Of a stretch of 64,000 nt of DNA, positions 41,737-52,042 are shown in pieces. A program made the translations under genes and the position numbers. Positions within the stretch are counted from its first letter, which is position 1; each line of letters begins with the position of its first letter. The DNA is from a virus (taxonomy: Duplodnaviria; Caudoviricetes), in the IMG/VR virus record IMGVR_UViG_3300042363_001351, positions 1 through 64,000 of that record; one strand, 5' to 3'. The notes below the pieces were generated by a model. That model was not told where the DNA came from and searched no databases. It was given only the letters and a program-made list of their open reading frames with translations.

Positions 41737-42585
41737 ATGCAGTATCCGGTATTGAATAGTGACTCTAAGGCTATAAACCTAGCTTCAAAGGACAGCTATT
41801 CCTGTCTATATGATTTGGTATGGTCCTTTGATTACGCTATAAGTGGCAATCCTAGTACTGAAGCAGGATTCACTGTATTCTTAACAACGTCAAGCTCTAA
41901 ACTATCCGGAGGTAGTGCTGGCATAGACTTAGGCTACTCTGGAGTGCAGTCTTTTGGATTACCATATAGCGTAAAACCAGGTGTTTCTGGTGCTGCAATA
42001 GGTATCGGATTCGATACTACAGGGTTGTTTGCTGCTTCTGCTACATCAGGGGCTTTTGTACGAGATGGCATTGATTATAGAAAGGTAAAGAAAAACTCAA
42101 TTTCTATAAGAGGTAAGGCTCCTGACTTCAGTTACAATAATTACTCTTACAATGTAGCTATTTCTTCTCTTAATTCTACTTTTTCAATAGTAGAGAGCGC
42201 AGTTAACTTTAAAACTGTAAGAGTGAGATTAGGTAATGTAGGGCGTACAATATATATCGACTATAGAAATAACCCTAAAGAGCAATTTCAGCGTATACTA
42301 GAAAAAGATGTAAGTTTAGGTTTACCTATAACAGCTTTCTTACATGCAGGCGTTTCTTTTGTAACTCCTATTTCATCTAGTCAGTCAAAAGCTATTGGAA
42401 ATATATTTATAAGAAATTTTCATGTAGAAGGATCCACGAAACCTAACCTTAATAAATCGGTTATTTCTGATCCTACTACTATACCATCCTATACAGGTAC
42501 TATGGAGTACGCTAAGGGTATTGTTACGCTTGTAAACTACGATCAGATACGCACCATGAATGGATCGGATATGTTTCCGTTTTAA
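41737..42585 (+). CDS. L-type (legume) lectin-like / ConA-fold protein
   Basis: WSFDY...AGFTVFL...G.DLGYSG...IGIGFDT...AGVSF pattern. Confidence 0.6.
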   Translation: MQYPVLNSDSKAINLASKDSYSCLYDLVWSFDYAISGNPSTEAGFTVFLTTSSSKLSGGSAGIDLGYSGVQSFGLPYSVKPGVSGAAIGIGFDTTGLFAASATSGAFVRDGIDYRKVKKNSISIRGKAPDFSYNNYSYNVAISSLNSTFSIVESAVNFKTVRVRLGNVGRTIYIDYRNNPKEQFQRILEKDVSLGLPITAFLHAGVSFVTPISSSQSKAIGNIFIRNFHVEGSTKPNLNKSVISDPTTIPSYTGTMEYAKGIVTLVNYDQIRTMNGSDMFPF

Positions 42586-42599
42586 ATAAATAATATTAT

Positions 42600-43382
42600 A
42601 TGCCTACCAACTTTAACGACTTTACACAAGGTACTACTCTATCTGAAACAGATCAGATAGTAGGGTTTACAAATACTAACGCTGGAGGCGAGCGTAAGTG
42701 GTTACTGGGAAATTTAAGAAACTCATTAATAACTGGTGCAGCAACAACAATAGATACTGAGAACTTAGCAGCAAATAAAGCGCTAGTATCGGACGCTAGT
42801 GGTAAAGTTGGCGCTTCATCTGTTACTTCTACAGAGATCGGATATCTAGGAGGTGTTACCACAAACGTACAACAAAGTCTAGTTCCAGCAGGAGCTGTTA
42901 TGTCTTTCGCTATGTCAGCAGCGCCAACTGGATGGCTTGAATGTAACGGCCAAGCAGTTAATCGTTCAGGTCCTAGTGGTTATCCAGCTTTATTTGCTGC
43001 AATTGGTACTACTTACGGTGTAGGTGATAATAGCACAACATTTAACTTACCAGATTTAAGAGGTGAGTTTATAAGAGGTTGGGATAATAGTAGAGGTGTA
43101 GACACGGGTCGCACGTTCGGTTCGAGTCAAAAAGGTACTATTACTATAGTTGATCCAAGTAATACTTCTAATAACGTAGCAGGAATTTATGCACAGTCAG
43201 ATTATAATACAACTACCTTTGCACCAATTGCTGGGTATGATATAATTAATATTGCAAATTATGCAGGGGTGTATCGATCTAGTATTGTGGGTATGGGAGC
43301 TGGGGCACTTGAGACAAATGGTTTCGGTCAAGGTGCAACAAGACCTCGCAACATCGCGATGTTTTATTGCATTAAATTCTAA
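42600..43382 (+). CDS. Tail collar domain fibre protein
   Basis: PAGAVMSFA...PTGWLECNGQ...LFAAIGTTYG.GD.STTFNLPDLRGEFIRGWD...TRPRNIA..YCIK. Confidence 0.9.
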   Translation: MPTNFNDFTQGTTLSETDQIVGFTNTNAGGERKWLLGNLRNSLITGAATTIDTENLAANKALVSDASGKVGASSVTSTEIGYLGGVTTNVQQSLVPAGAVMSFAMSAAPTGWLECNGQAVNRSGPSGYPALFAAIGTTYGVGDNSTTFNLPDLRGEFIRGWDNSRGVDTGRTFGSSQKGTITIVDPSNTSNNVAGIYAQSDYNTTTFAPIAGYDIINIANYAGVYRSSIVGMGAGALETNGFGQGATRPRNIAMFYCIKF

Positions 43383-43495
43383 TTTAATTAGTAACGTATA
43401 ATCTACTAAATAGGAGAGATAACGGATTGGCGAATAAATATAAAAAGCCAAATGAATCTGATTCTCTCACTATTAAAAAGTAAATTATACGAAAG

Positions 43496-43969
43496 ATGCT
43501 GATTAGACCATTAGATGAGAATAATTTATTACCTTCAGTAACTGATGAGCCAGAAATATATCAGTTGCAGGAGCCTTATGTATCTCTCCCACCGAAAATA
43601 AACAATTTTTTTCCTATTAGATTACAGGGAGAGGATTCTTCCTTTATAAATATAACCCTAGTCGGGGGAGGTGTTGCAGGGGTTAATAATATAGGTACTA
43701 TTAACTGTGAAAATATAGCCGTTTTAGACGATTTGTGCAATTTCGGATATAAAGTAAAAATACAAGAAACAGGCGAAACTCTAAGTAGAATAAGTCGCAC
43801 TACGTTTACTAATGAGGTCAGCTCGTTAGTTCTTAGCTTGGTAAGTTATGATTTAGGATGGCAGCTGACAACAGCAGACCCATACAATATCTATTATAAC
43901 AATAGACTTACACCTATAGGTTTATTTACAGGTACACAAAATTTAAGCGTAATATATACAAATGAGTGA
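43496..43969 (+). CDS. Hypothetical protein
   Basis: 157 aa ORF overlapping the next gene start. Confidence 0.55.
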   Translation: MLIRPLDENNLLPSVTDEPEIYQLQEPYVSLPPKINNFFPIRLQGEDSSFINITLVGGGVAGVNNIGTINCENIAVLDDLCNFGYKVKIQETGETLSRISRTTFTNEVSSLVLSLVSYDLGWQLTTADPYNIYYNNRLTPIGLFTGTQNLSVIYTNE

Positions 43970-46949
43970 GATTAATTATAATATAGGATTATGCGGAGAG
44001 TTTAGATTGACTGTTCTAGATAATAAAACAGTTATTAGCGATACAGGATGGTGTAAGAATACTATATTATCTGGTGGTCTAGCGTACCTCGCTGATAACT
44101 CTCTTCTTCAAAGCTTAAATTATATTGAATTTGGTACCGACGGATCTAATGTAGGAGATTATACACTAGCAGGAGTAATGTCACCCTGTTTAAATACAGA
44201 GTTAGCTAATATCTCGAGTAACAATATTCAATATTACCCCGTTAATAAAAGCACGCAGGTATATTACTCTACTTACAGTTCGTCTTATGTAACAGCGAGA
44301 GATGAAGTAATAAGTGAGTTCTGCATTAAAACAATAGATAAGACTGGGTTCTCTAGAGCAGTTTTACCTATACCTGTTACAGTAAGCGTAGGTCAAAATG
44401 TAAATTTCGAATATAGAGTATCAGTCGATTATAACAACGAGAACATCTCTAATGTAGAGTTTGTGACATATGATGGTAGTAGCTTCTTTATTCCGGTAAC
44501 CTCCAAGGTATTTAACTTACCTAACTTTGATAATGATTTAAATAAAGCTGGAAGATTAATAGATGATTATCCAATGGTATTGTTGCAAAACAATGAGGAT
44601 CTACCTTCGTTCGGTGATACGTATCCAGCTACTGAGATATATGCTATCAACAACTCACAACAACAATCAACGTTTGCTCCATCTATCGTATATAGTGATA
44701 TTGATTATAATTCAAGAAGTTATTCTGTAATTACAGAATATATGAATTTATCAGCTCCGCCAAACTCAGGGATATTTGAAAACATCAATACAGCATTACT
44801 TAAGTATAAAAATGATGGTGTTATACTTTCTAGATTTCAATATCCACTAGCTCTATATAGCACAAGCCTATATTACAATCCATCAGTCATTAATAGCAGC
44901 AATCTTATCTCTCTATACTATAAGTACACTTGGAGCGAAACCCTTACATCAACGTTTCAGACTCCAACTACATTTACCCTGTCTGCGCCTCAATTAATAC
45001 CTTGCAATATTAACCTATTTGTTGATTTATTTCCTAATAGCTTTTTAACTATTCACAGTAATAATTTAACCGCTCCTAATGCACCAGGTAATACCTCAAT
45101 AATTAGAGTATCTTTACTAAGCTCATATTTATATAATATAAATATTGACTATTTTTCTCCGGATATAGATTCATCTGCTTATCAGTACGGACCTTCACCA
45201 TACAAGATTATCGTTTTCGATAATAATAACGACCCTATATCTAATACCGGATATGTCTTCCCGGATGTATCAAAATCTTGGTCATATAATACTGCACCTT
45301 TCGACTCTCTTAATTATTACAATGATAAATTAAGAAGGTTGTCGAACGAGACTATAAGTGGATCTATCTCCGGTACAACTCTATTAACTAATATATCAGT
45401 AGGTAGTGACAGGAGCTATATAGACGTATTAGTGAATTCACCCTTTGTAGGAACTTCTTGGACTATAGTCTTAGATACTATGGTTAGAGAGTCAACACCT
45501 CTACCACTTCCAGAAGAGATTACACTAATAGATACTATAAGTGGCATAGCTATAATAGAAGATGGTACATTTGAATCTATAATAACAAACTGCAACCAGG
45601 TATTTAGTTCAGGTGGTCAGGGAGTACAAATTATACCTATTGAGTTTGGTACCTATACCGGCTGGTTTGGTATATCGTATAATGCATATACTGTACCTGA
45701 TAAGTTTGATATTTCATGGAACGGTAATATGTATACATCAAAATATGTAGGAGAGGATGGATATAATAACGAGTTAATAGAAGCAGGAGTACCACTATCA
45801 AGTATTAATACTGCTAGCCCTGGCAACGGAACAGGCACTCTGTATATTTACAAACCACTACCGACTCCTTCGCAAGGTGTAGTAACTGTAACTGGGCCTC
45901 TAGCAGGAACAGCATGGCAGGTAGGAGCTATCTGTCCAGGTACAAGTGACCCTACAAGTACGCTTAATCTTAAGACACCGCAATATGATTTCGGCCCAGG
46001 AATACCTCTAAGTGCTGGACCTGTTATAACAGACATATTAGGTATATGGGCAAGAGAAGGATGGGTGAATGATAAGCCTTATTATACTAACTATAATGCT
46101 AATGGAAGCTTAATATGGTCAGTATCGTCCTGGAAAATAACCATAGGCAACAATATCGTATTCATCTCTGAAGAAGATACGGAAGATATAACCACTATTA
46201 GTCTATGGGAAAATGAAGGTAATCCTTACACTATTAATATAGATGGATTGCAGCTTATTACAACTACCATGCTTATCGATAATATAGCGAATATAGATAA
46301 CGGTACGTTAAGCCCTGTAGCTGGTATACTGACTGTCACAGGTGGTATTATAAGCATAGGAAGCTTTAATGATGGTGCGTTAATTTCTAAAGGTTTAACA
46401 GTAATAACAAACAGCACTATCGATAATATAGGCAATATAGCAGATGGGTCTTTTGCATCGAGCGTGATATCAACTACCGGAACAATAAATGGTAACATAG
46501 CGATTATTGAAAATGGAGCTATGGATTCGCCTGATAAAATATTCTTAACGTCTTTTATTAATTATATTTCACAAGCCGATGACGGTTCATTGGAGTCTGA
46601 CGTTCTTATAACTCTTGAAAACGTAATAAGTTATATTTCTACTATTGATAATGGTTCATTAGGATCTACCAGCATACAGCTCATAACAGATCTAATTACA
46701 AACTTAGCTACTATAGATGATAGTAGTTTAATATCTAACCGTCTAATGAGTATCATTAACAGCTCTATTATTAATATTGGTAATATAGGTGACGGTAGTT
46801 TAATATCTAACCGTCTAATGAGTATCATTAATAGCTCTATTATTAATATAGGTACTATAGATGATAGTAGTTTAATATCTAACCGTCTAATGAGTATTAT
46901 CGATATTATTAATTACATTACAAGTTTAGATGATGGCACCTTTGGGTAA
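43962..46949 (+). CDS. Large virion-associated protein with duplicated beta-domain and C-terminal ~24-aa repeats
   Basis: N-terminal G.F.L.V...DTGW.KN.I...G; two related PD...G...V..P..GT.W domains; about ten I..I.DG repeats. Confidence 0.55.
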   Translation: MSEINYNIGLCGEFRLTVLDNKTVISDTGWCKNTILSGGLAYLADNSLLQSLNYIEFGTDGSNVGDYTLAGVMSPCLNTELANISSNNIQYYPVNKSTQVYYSTYSSSYVTARDEVISEFCIKTIDKTGFSRAVLPIPVTVSVGQNVNFEYRVSVDYNNENISNVEFVTYDGSSFFIPVTSKVFNLPNFDNDLNKAGRLIDDYPMVLLQNNEDLPSFGDTYPATEIYAINNSQQQSTFAPSIVYSDIDYNSRSYSVITEYMNLSAPPNSGIFENINTALLKYKNDGVILSRFQYPLALYSTSLYYNPSVINSSNLISLYYKYTWSETLTSTFQTPTTFTLSAPQLIPCNINLFVDLFPNSFLTIHSNNLTAPNAPGNTSIIRVSLLSSYLYNINIDYFSPDIDSSAYQYGPSPYKIIVFDNNNDPISNTGYVFPDVSKSWSYNTAPFDSLNYYNDKLRRLSNETISGSISGTTLLTNISVGSDRSYIDVLVNSPFVGTSWTIVLDTMVRESTPLPLPEEITLIDTISGIAIIEDGTFESIITNCNQVFSSGGQGVQIIPIEFGTYTGWFGISYNAYTVPDKFDISWNGNMYTSKYVGEDGYNNELIEAGVPLSSINTASPGNGTGTLYIYKPLPTPSQGVVTVTGPLAGTAWQVGAICPGTSDPTSTLNLKTPQYDFGPGIPLSAGPVITDILGIWAREGWVNDKPYYTNYNANGSLIWSVSSWKITIGNNIVFISEEDTEDITTISLWENEGNPYTINIDGLQLITTTMLIDNIANIDNGTLSPVAGILTVTGGIISIGSFNDGALISKGLTVITNSTIDNIGNIADGSFASSVISTTGTINGNIAIIENGAMDSPDKIFLTSFINYISQADDGSLESDVLITLENVISYISTIDNGSLGSTSIQLITDLITNLATIDDSSLISNRLMSIINSSIINIGNIGDGSLISNRLMSIINSSIINIGTIDDSSLISNRLMSIIDIINYITSLDDGTFG
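46708..46900 (+). repeat. 72-bp near-identical coding tandem repeat (about 2.6 copies)
   Basis: GTAGTTTAATATCTAACCGTCTAATGAGTAT starts at 46723, 46795 and 46867. Confidence 0.9.
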
Positions 46950-46998
46950 TATTTTTTATAAAGTTGAGTTATTTTAATAAAAGACAATAAATATAAAC

Positions 46999-47826
46999 AT
47001 GAATATTAATTTATCAACGATAAATGGAATCTTAAGCGGGAATATAAACCTTGCTTCTGCTACCGTAAAATCGCTTTTAACTCTTGAAGACAACTCCCCG
47101 GTTAAGAATTACCTCTCTGACTTTGCGAGCGGTACGATCAACTATATAAGTCAACCATTTATTACAGCTGTTAGCGCTAGTGGTGGTACTTATGGCTCTA
47201 CTAAAGGCGCTTATTTATCAGCTAACTCTTGCTTATTTACAAATATAACCTCTGACTATACTAGTCAGACTGTTTATCTATATAATTTCATTGACACTGG
47301 AGATCCTGCAACCAGTAATATTATATCTTGGCAAAACTTTTACAGTCCTACAATTATTGGAGCTACCACATTTAAAATAAACGATGATAAGCTATTTAAT
47401 TTAGTAGATGGAAGCTATTCCTACAAGACACTTTATAGAGATTTCCGCTTAAATCTCATTAACAACAACATCGGCAATTTACAAAATTTAAACATAGGCT
47501 GCGCTCTATTATCCTCATCCTACACACCTGATGTTCAACATGCATCCTTCGGTACTATATCTTCACATATTATTTCACAAGTAACAGTACCAGGAACTTA
47601 TGTTATTGATGGTGGTTTAAAATCTACACAAAACTATATTGAGTTTCCTGCAGGTACTGGTGTTATTAGTTCTGTAGTATTCTATGTTAGTAGTACAACT
47701 CCCGAAAACATTAAATTAATGGGGTACTATAATACAAGTAGCACTCTTTCACCTGCTACACTTACAGCTACAGGAAACGCATTATATGTCAAGCTATATC
47801 AAAATACTATTTTTGACTTAGCGTAA
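46999..47826 (+). CDS. Hypothetical late/structural protein
   Basis: S/T-rich 275 aa ORF with TAAATA-N5-ATG. Confidence 0.6.
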   Translation: MNINLSTINGILSGNINLASATVKSLLTLEDNSPVKNYLSDFASGTINYISQPFITAVSASGGTYGSTKGAYLSANSCLFTNITSDYTSQTVYLYNFIDTGDPATSNIISWQNFYSPTIIGATTFKINDDKLFNLVDGSYSYKTLYRDFRLNLINNNIGNLQNLNIGCALLSSSYTPDVQHASFGTISSHIISQVTVPGTYVIDGGLKSTQNYIEFPAGTGVISSVVFYVSSTTPENIKLMGYYNTSSTLSPATLTATGNALYVKLYQNTIFDLA

Positions 47827-47829
47827 CAA

Positions 47830-48072
47830 TTAAATTCTACCAAGTACTGCCTCAACGGTGAGATCATGCTTCATTGAGTGAAATCTCTCTTCTATGTATT
47901 TTTGAAACGCTAGAGGCTTGACCCAATCGTCTGTCTCCATACTTTCACCGAGCTCTTCATACTTTTTTGATACTTGCTCGATACCCTCTATGAGACAAGC
48001 CCATCTAGTAAGCTCATCAATACCCATCTCTTTTACTTGTCCGTTTTTTAGTTCAAATTTGAATTTGTTCAT
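47830..48072 (-). CDS. Hypothetical protein
   Basis: 80 aa ORF with ATGA overlap to the upstream gene. Confidence 0.65.
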   Translation of the reverse strand: MNKFKFELKNGQVKEMGIDELTRWACLIEGIEQVSKKYEELGESMETDDWVKPLAFQKYIEERFHSMKHDLTVEAVLGRI

Positions 48073-48482
48073 GCCTTATTATCCGAAAGTTCCTTTTCCT
48101 TTAATTGATTAAAGACATTGGCAATGTTTAACGGTTCAGTGAGGAGAACAGTCTCGTAATTGAGTTCAACTTTAAATTGACTGCCGCACTTTTCACACAA
48201 AAACGAATTTTCAGTATTATAAAATACTGGAGCAGTAAATGTATTTTTACCGCAGGGACAGGAAATAGGTATGGTCTGTAAGTTTATTATTTCTTCACTA
48301 AGATTTGTCTCTTGTTCTTTTGATTCGTTTTTCTTGAGAGATAAAAAATAAAATCCTAAAAATTGTGCAATTACTGCACCAACAAATCCCTGCCAAAAAC
48401 CTATAACATCTTTCAATACAAACCCTATTCCAGAGCTAATTAATAAAGTAATACCTAACGAGAATGTTAATAACCTAAGCAT
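48069..48482 (-). CDS. Membrane protein with two TM helices and a Zn-ribbon
   Basis: Two hydrophobic N-terminal segments; CPCG...CEKCG. Confidence 0.65.
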   Translation of the reverse strand: MLRLLTFSLGITLLISSGIGFVLKDVIGFWQGFVGAVIAQFLGFYFLSLKKNESKEQETNLSEEIINLQTIPISCPCGKNTFTAPVFYNTENSFLCEKCGSQFKVELNYETVLLTEPLNIANVFNQLKEKELSDNKA

Positions 48483-48495
48483 ACTTTATTTTATA

Positions 48496-48825
48496 TTACA
48501 AATAAAGTTTATCAATACAATTAGATAAATCCATAGTTATTTTTTGCCCTATTTCGTCAATAATTTTTAACGAATCCTTAATAGCTTGCTTATTTCTTTT
48601 TGGCTCCTTTTCAGTTAAATTTAAACTTTTTTTAATTTCAAGTAACGATATATACATATCGCTTAAGTGCTCTTTTAGACTTTCGCTAGTAAAGGGAAGA
48701 GTTTTAGATGCTTTTTGATCTTGTTCCTCTTTTTGATGTACTTTGAATTGATTAGATATATCCATATTTAAATTAGGAGCAGCGTTAGATGCGTGGGTGG
48801 AGTATGGATTTGTTGTACTATTCAT
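48496..48825 (-). CDS. Hypothetical late protein
   Basis: CATAAATA-N6-ATG. Confidence 0.6.
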   Translation of the reverse strand: MNSTTNPYSTHASNAAPNLNMDISNQFKVHQKEEQDQKASKTLPFTSESLKEHLSDMYISLLEIKKSLNLTEKEPKRNKQAIKDSLKIIDEIGQKITMDLSNCIDKLYL

Positions 48826-48858
48826 TGTAAATATTTATGCAATTGAATAAATAATTGT

Positions 48859-49284
48859 ATGAGTAAGTTTGAAAATAGATTCTTTAAAGTGTTAAATGAA
48901 CAAGATGAAGATAGAGCGGCAATGCTCTCTACATTAGATAGAGATACAAATCCGGAAGATTTTGACACAGAGACTAATACACCTACCGATATTAACGATC
49001 CAAATTCAGCAGTATCCAGAGCTTTATCAGAAAGAGAAGCAGCTATGGTTTCGCAGGTTCGCGAATGGGTTACAAGTATGGAGGAGTTTCTAGAGAACTT
49101 AAACGGTACAGAAAATTCTATTCAAACTGCACTAGCTAATGCTGAAGCAGATACACTATTAGATAAAATGAAGCAATCTGAGCAAAGAAAAATTGCGAGA
49201 GTTGCAACAGAACTAGCAGCTCTAGCTGAATCCTTTAAAGGCTTCTTAGCGCAGTCAAATAACTCGTCTTTAAAATACGTCTAA
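48859..49284 (+). CDS. Hypothetical acidic late protein, probable head protein
   Basis: TAAATA-N5-ATG; N-terminus MSKFENRFFKVLNE. Confidence 0.65.
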   Translation: MSKFENRFFKVLNEQDEDRAAMLSTLDRDTNPEDFDTETNTPTDINDPNSAVSRALSEREAAMVSQVREWVTSMEEFLENLNGTENSIQTALANAEADTLLDKMKQSEQRKIARVATELAALAESFKGFLAQSNNSSLKYV

Positions 49285-50324
49285 CGTTTATTTTTAATAT
49301 TTGCAAGTCTAATAATACCTTCGAGATTCTCGAAGGTATTTTTTTCTATAAATTCATGCCCCACTTCATTAATCTTACATGCAATGCATATATCATTAAA
49401 GTCTTTAAACTTTCTACCAAATTTCTCAGGCCATATAAAAACCTTTTCGCCATTCTTGAGTAATATTTCGCTCTTATTTAAAGAAGCGTCATCTATCCAT
49501 TGACTATCAAGTACCCATATTTTATCATACCACCTCAAAACTGTGTCTATTTGTTGTTGTTGTCTTTTAGTAAATGTAGCACTACCTCTATCAGTAATAC
49601 CGGCGACCGCTACACTATTTTTAGTAAAGAAAGCATTTAAAGGTCCCTCAAATATAAAGACACTCTTATAGCTTTCACTTATTCTATCTATATTAAATAG
49701 TGTTTTTTCAGCTCCTATCCTGGAGATATATTTTGGTCTTGATTTGTTATCACTTTGAACTACTGTTCTTGATTGATAAAACTCAATATCTTTATTTTCA
49801 TTTATAAAAGGGATTATTAATCTATTTTTATGCACTCTATCAACAAGCGATACATATAGCGAATCAGGTCTATTAACAGCCGTATTAAGTCTTCTAGATT
49901 CAATTAATTTAATACAAGCATTTACTATAGAATTAGTCTTATAAAACTCCACTTGAGTGAGATCACTTAAATTAATGGAGTCTTTCGGAAGGGTTTCAGT
50001 TTTAATTTTAACTATTTCCTGCTCAGAAACCTCTATAACATCCTGTTCGTCTACATACTGCTTAATTTCATCTATAATTTCTGCATCAGTCTTTCCTGAT
50101 ACTTCCTTTACCCACTTTATGGGTTTACTAGACCATCCGCAGTTATGACAGAAAATATTATCATTTTTGGGTATATAATAACATCTACGCTTTTTACCTA
50201 AAGAGCCACCCTCTCTACATATGCAACAACCTCCCTGATATGTATTATTAAATTTATTGAATCTGGGTTGATATATATATTGAAAGAACTTACTAACTGT
50301 ATACTCTTCAGGAATATTAATCAT
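49281..50324 (-). CDS. gp61: DNA primase (gp61-like)
   Basis: Zn finger CCIC...CHNC; RLIIPF, YQSR, TOPRIM FEGPLNA...VLD, KDFND. Confidence 0.9.
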   Translation of the reverse strand: MINIPEEYTVSKFFQYIYQPRFNKFNNTYQGGCCICREGGSLGKKRRCYYIPKNDNIFCHNCGWSSKPIKWVKEVSGKTDAEIIDEIKQYVDEQDVIEVSEQEIVKIKTETLPKDSINLSDLTQVEFYKTNSIVNACIKLIESRRLNTAVNRPDSLYVSLVDRVHKNRLIIPFINENKDIEFYQSRTVVQSDNKSRPKYISRIGAEKTLFNIDRISESYKSVFIFEGPLNAFFTKNSVAVAGITDRGSATFTKRQQQQIDTVLRWYDKIWVLDSQWIDDASLNKSEILLKNGEKVFIWPEKFGRKFKDFNDICIACKINEVGHEFIEKNTFENLEGIIRLANIKNKR

Positions 50325-51193
50325 GTAAAAAGAGATTGTAGTTTATTTCTCAAGAAAAACAACGAATACCACGACTCCTTCTTTTTTAAAATTGCGTTAA
50401 AATTACGCATATTACACTCATCAATAAATGCTGACCAATTAGCTTCAACGGGAGTATCTAATTGTTCTTGATAATACTTACATTCATCATCCATAGTCAT
50501 AACTTTACCTAAGTTAAATAAACTAAAGTTCCTATCATAGATAGCCATTTGCTCCTCGTTTAAAAGAATCTCACCGTCAATCCATTTTTTAATTTTTGCT
50601 TTACCAAATTTTTCAATACCTGGTACGTTATCTGATTTATCACCCGTACAGCACTTAGCAGTCATCCAGTCACCTACATTAGGCCAGCCCGTCTCTTCTT
50701 CGAAATTTACTACTGTATATTCCTTTTTACGGATAGGGTCGTAAAGTGTAGTATCTTGCTGCACGAGCTGCAGAAAGTCTCTATCAACAGATACAATTAC
50801 TTTCTGACCTTGAGATTTATTACAGATATAAGAAATAATATCGTCTGCTTCAAGCTCTCTAGGAAAAATAGATGGAATTCCAAGATGACGAAGTATCAGC
50901 TTGATAGCATTATTGTTTTGATGCGGTGTAATATCAGAGGATCTATTACCTTTATACTCACTAAATTGTGTCTTTCGCTCGTTTACTTGGTAGTCCGGTT
51001 TCTCATCCCAGACGAAAATAGTATTATCAGAGTTAAATTTTGTAACGTATGAAAATACAGCGTTTAAAGTAAAATAAATGTGAAAGTTACTAACTTGATC
51101 GGGCGTATCGGTATTAGTGCGCTTCGATTGACTCTTCGCCGTCCAGAACGTTCGATGTATGAGGTTGTTCCCGTCTATTAATAGTTTTTTCAT
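50321..51193 (-). CDS. rnh: 5'-3' exonuclease / RNase H (T4 rnh-like)
   Basis: LIDGNN, YKGNR, EADDII, S.DRDF.QL, GDKSDNVPGI. Confidence 0.93.
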   Translation of the reverse strand: MKKLLIDGNNLIHRTFWTAKSQSKRTNTDTPDQVSNFHIYFTLNAVFSYVTKFNSDNTIFVWDEKPDYQVNERKTQFSEYKGNRSSDITPHQNNNAIKLILRHLGIPSIFPRELEADDIISYICNKSQGQKVIVSVDRDFLQLVQQDTTLYDPIRKKEYTVVNFEEETGWPNVGDWMTAKCCTGDKSDNVPGIEKFGKAKIKKWIDGEILLNEEQMAIYDRNFSLFNLGKVMTMDDECKYYQEQLDTPVEANWSAFIDECNMRNFNAILKKKESWYSLFFLRNKLQSLFT

Positions 51194-51437
51194 TTTTTGC
51201 GTATTGGGCTGTGGATGTCTTTAAAACGTAACTTGGAGCTCGCTCTACATATCTGAGTATATTATTGTTCCTTCCATGATCAAATATAATTTTAGGAACA
51301 ACCCTATTTACCATTTTAGGAATAGATAAAAAACAATAATCAACCGCTTCACTTTTAATATATATTAACATCTCACCAGCGTAAGTACCGGTATGAACTG
51401 CATATATATCTCCTAGAGTTAGTTTTTTACTGGCCAT
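51114..51437 (-). CDS. Hypothetical protein
   Basis: ORF within the replication operon; 3' end overlaps rnh by 80 nt. Confidence 0.6.
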   Translation of the reverse strand: MASKKLTLGDIYAVHTGTYAGEMLIYIKSEAVDYCFLSIPKMVNRVVPKIIFDHGRNNNILRYVERAPSYVLKTSTAQYAKNEKTINRREQPHTSNVLDGEESIEAH

Positions 51438-51714
51438 TTTCGTACATTAAATACGATATATATTTTATTGCAAGAGAAGAGAGAGCATCTTTTTCCATTG
51501 GAGTTTTAGCATGCTTTAAAATAATAGGCTTACCGTTAAGATCATAACCTATGACTACAAAATTTGTAAGAAACTCTTTTAATGTTGAAGCAAGAGCGTT
51601 TTCTAATTGTATTTTTTTATTATATTTTTTCTTCCCCTCGTAATTATTTTTAAGCGCATCCTTAATAAGATCTTTTATATCCTCTTCAGAGAACATATTA
51701 TCATCAGAGCTCAT
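51427..51714 (-). CDS. Hypothetical protein (start corrected to 51714)
   Basis: TAAATA-N5-ATG (MSSDDN...). Confidence 0.6.
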   Translation of the reverse strand: MSSDDNMFSEEDIKDLIKDALKNNYEGKKKYNKKIQLENALASTLKEFLTNFVVIGYDLNGKPIILKHAKTPMEKDALSSLAIKYISYLMYENGQ

Positions 51715-52042
51715 AATTATATTTAGTACCACTATCTATTTGTGGAATACCTCTTTCAATAAGAGTTGTAACTACTACTTCAATAGAGGTAGTTTTAAGA
51801 GAAAAGTTTTTTGGGAATAATCTTCCACCATCGCTAAATTCAAACATTTTCTCACTCTTAAAATCTCTGTTTTCATAACATGTAACAAAAACTGAAGTAT
51901 TACCTGGATCGATCATTACGGTCCATTTACGTGGATCAGACTGAGCATAATTATTACAAATCTTCCATACATTAAATCCGCTATCTTTAAGACGCTTTAC
52001 AAAGTACGAAAGAGTGGTAATTTTATTTTTATTAATATTCAT
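51704..52042 (-). CDS. Hypothetical protein
   Basis: ATGA-coupled to the clamp gene. Confidence 0.65.
   Translation of the reverse strand: MNINKNKITTLSYFVKRLKDSGFNVWKICNNYAQSDPRKWTVMIDPGNTSVFVTCYENRDFKSEKMFEFSDGGRLFPKNFSLKTTSIEVVVTTLIERGIPQIDSGTKYNYEL

Noticed and set aside
46708-46900. CRISPR-like array
   Set aside because: The 72-bp units are in-frame coding repeats, the intervening parts are also similar to each other, and no cas genes are present.
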